Origin: Lingula anatina
Taxonomy: Eukaryota; Animalia; Brachiopoda
Length of the DNA: 64,000 bases
Direction of reading: 5' to 3'
Assembly (NCBI GenBank): GCA_051362555.1
Contig: CM120643.1
Span: 27,160,848 to 27,224,847 of the forward strand
Position 1 is the stretch's first letter. Each line of letters begins with the position of its first letter. Both the position numbers and the translations under genes were made by a program. Positions 61,091 through 64,000 of this stretch are shown in pieces. A model generated the notes under the pieces. The model was not told where the DNA came from, made no database searches, and saw nothing but the letters and a program-made list of their open reading frames with translations.

Positions 61091-63959
61091 ATGAGGACAA
61101 TTCTGTATTTCTCTATCACACTGTTCATCACAGGTAAATATGTTCATCTTGTGGTTATTCTTACGCGGGACAGGCATATCATTACTACCCAATGCGTAAG
61201 TGTTTTATCCATTTACAGGCCTACCCAACTACCAGACTCGGCACCTAAGGATCCTGAATTAACCGATATTTCGGACCACACTGCCCGTTTTCAAGGTGTG
61301 TGTCGGATCGCATTTCGGAGTATCAGCCAGAACATCGACAGGATGAACCCACGCTCGGCTGTCACCTTGATTGGATAGTAAACAATTGTCGTAAAATCGC
61401 TATATGATTTTAAAACCGGGTGCATAAATTAGGAAGCCACTTAGATGAACCTTAGACTGCCACATTTATCTAATACAATGCAAAAAAAAAGCCCTATCAA
61501 AAGTGGTTAAAACATTCAAACCGAATGTCGTAAAGTCCCCATATAACCCCATAGAGGCAATAAAAGACAGTACTCTAAAGTAAGAGTACAGTTTAAGGTT
61601 GTTCAGCCGAGCGTGGATGAGCCCGCAGTCGTGCTACAAAATTTGTTCTGGGGTATGATACTCCGAAATGCGATCTGACACACACCTTGAAAACGGGTAG
61701 TGTGGTCCGATATACCGGTTAATTCAGGATCCTTAGGTGCCGAGTCTGCTAGTTGGGTAGGCCTGATTTATCTCCTTAGTAGCTTGTCCATTAGTGCATT
61801 TCGCTTCTGTGTTCATTCATTTCCCCGTTCATTTCTCTGTGTTCATTTTCTTTTCCTTTTTAAACATTTGTAGTTACTTTTCATTCTTGTCTATACTTCT
61901 TTCCTCAATCGTTATCCCCCTCTTTCTATTTATTTTTAGTCCTATCTATTGTAATTGGCACATTTAAAATAAACATGAAGCACATGCCCAATGGTCAACT
62001 TCCAGGTGTCCACTGCAGTGAAGACTTGGATAGACTGACTGACCACGTGACAGCCCGGTCCAGGCCCCTCGTGATGCCCGTGTCCAGAGATACTGGACGC
62101 GTTACGGTCACTGCTCAGATGTACTTAAGCCAGATATTCAATTTAGTAGGTTTATTGTTTACCAAATTTCGTCGGTTAACTTGTTTGTGGACAAGGTATC
62201 TCAAAAACGTTCTGCACATATTTTAAAGTAATTTGTATGGCACATGACCTTCCAGGGATAGATTACGGGGTATTTTAAACAGTAAGTGGTAGACACTATT
62301 TACTTTAGTAATTATATACAGTAAGCTGTTACGATTTTTCAATTCTAAAGATAAATTCCTCAAAAACACAGCTTCAGTAACGGGGGCTTTCGTATAAATG
62401 CGATTAAGTTCTGCTTTAAGCTGAGAGAATGTTTTGGGGGTTGAAACAGTGTACTATGAAATGAATAACGCATTTGCTATTAGTTTTTTTTTTTCGGATA
62501 CGTGCTTTCGTAAAGTTGTACGTTGACTGACAGCCAGATCTAGATCAGTTGTCCTCCAGTTACCCCAAGGTCGGGTAACTATTACAAAATCATGGCGAAC
62601 ACTTTGCCAAAGTATTTAAGGTAACCAATGTACTCTCTATGATCGTACTCTGTTTCATTTAGGACGAGGTGTACCAGATGTTGTCATTTTCAGCCATCTT
62701 CGTAGTGGTAAGTAAATTTGGGTTCTCAGAGAAAATGCTTGCATCTTATGATATTGTTTTATTTTATAATTTTTTTCCTAGACACTTTTTCCAATTTAAT
62801 TTGACACTTAATCTAACAATATTGCATGTTCTTGACAATAAGACAACACGACGACAATCACCAAGGTCAAAATGCATGTATTTTTTTATTGAAATAAGAA
62901 ACAAATGTGCCTTTCCATTCAAACCTGATTCTAGAAATGGAACGACGGACGCTTGGCATGGAACGCCTCAGAATTTGGAAATATTTCCAGCATTGCTCTG
63001 CCTCTGTCGTCACTGTGGATTCCTGACTTAGACATATCGAACAGGTTAAGCTATTTTGTTATATTTTATTTACATGTAGTCAGTTTATATTTGTTTAGTC
63101 TTATCTTTCACATATTTTTCTGTTACTCTGTGTACTATATATCAGTAATATATATGATATTTGTAAAGAAAAGGGTGTTCTTCTCTAAAGCCACGTACGC
63201 TACACGTAGCCGAGTTCTAAATGTGTATTTATCATTTTCCCACCAGCAGCCAGACATGCCAACACCAAGACATATCATTTTGTCTGCACTCAGTACTAAA
63301 CTGCATTCAGAACGTGAATATCATGATTTTCTGAAATACCTATAAATCATATGCTCTTATCTTAAAACGTGGTATATATATTATAGTAAAAAAATAACTG
63401 ACATGCTTAAACATTACGAATTACAGATAAAATAAGTATTCAAAAATAATCTTATATATATTTTCTAAATTTTATTTCACCGCTTCCAGTGCAGACGAGA
63501 ATGCATTGCTTTACAGTAGCTCTGGTCCGGCTAATTCCGTTAAATGTCGGATATTTTCGGACGGTAACGTGCAGTGGACGCCGCATGGCAGGCTATTGAC
63601 TGTGTGTACAGTAAATGTTTTAACTTATCCATTTGATTACCAAGACTGTAACGTTCAGATTCACTCGTCCACTATGACCGACGACGTCCTTGATCTACAT
63701 TTTAATCTGGCTAATTACACTGTTGATGAGCATTACGATCTGACTCTATCCTCAACATGGAAACTGGTGGCCAGTAATGTCAGCAAAGTCCATCACCATA
63801 CCGGCCCTGACAAGATTACCTTTCTGGTATATTCCATTCGTATTCAGCGCCGGTTCTCGTTTTTCTCTCTGGTAATGCTGCTGCCGTGTGTGCTCCTGGC
63901 GGCGCTTACTCTGACTATATTCTGGTTATCACCGCAGACGACAGACAAGATGTCCATGG
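61091..63959 (+). CDS. Divergent nAChR-like subunit, copy F (paralog of E; exons 1-5, continues past the window)
   Basis: Exons 61091-61133, 62006-62145, 62663-62707, 62935-63044, 63490-63959, all open. Cys-loop CTVNVLTYPFDYQDC; ends TDKMSMG|gt. Confidence 0.88.
61216..61765. mobile_element. 550-bp MITE with long TIRs (about 110 bp) and a 5-bp TSD, in intron 1 of copy F
   Basis: CAGGCCTACCCAACTA.CAGACTCGGCACCTAAGGATCCTGAATTAACCG... is inverted at the other end. ATTTA flanks both sides. Copy E has the empty site ATCCATTTATCTCC (about 50515-50528). Confidence 0.9.
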
Positions 63960-64000
63960 GTAGGTTTTCCCTTCTTAACTGTACCAGGTGGCACACATTT

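Overview
AT-rich, intron-rich animal genomic DNA, probably from a marine invertebrate; the C1q-domain gene and the repeat types resemble lophotrochozoans (inference). All gene models were spliced by hand. (1) A 19-exon ankyrin-repeat TRP-like channel gene (1742-16027, +) with a probable GC-AG first intron and an intronic tRNA-Ala(AGC). (2) A tandem array of highly divergent nicotinic-receptor-like (Cys-loop) genes, all on +: four apparently intact (A, B, C, E), one pseudogene (D), one orphan first exon, and one copy cut by the window end (F). (3) A young, full-length Bel/Pao LTR retrotransposon (22545-29430). (4) An inverted pair of Penelope-like GIY-YIG fragments with a hammerhead ribozyme motif and a captured piece of neighbouring DNA. 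(5) A secreted C1q-domain gene on the - strand. (6) Several MITE, Helentron-type, SINE and LINE remnants. The main candidate novel system is the receptor array. These subunits keep the Cys-loop and an alpha7-like exon pattern, but lack the acetylcholine-binding residues, diversify in the ligand-binding loops, and carry Thr at the 9' pore gate in every copy whose M2 exon is in the window. This suggests an independently expanded family of chemosensory or otherwise non-cholinergic ion channels (inference).
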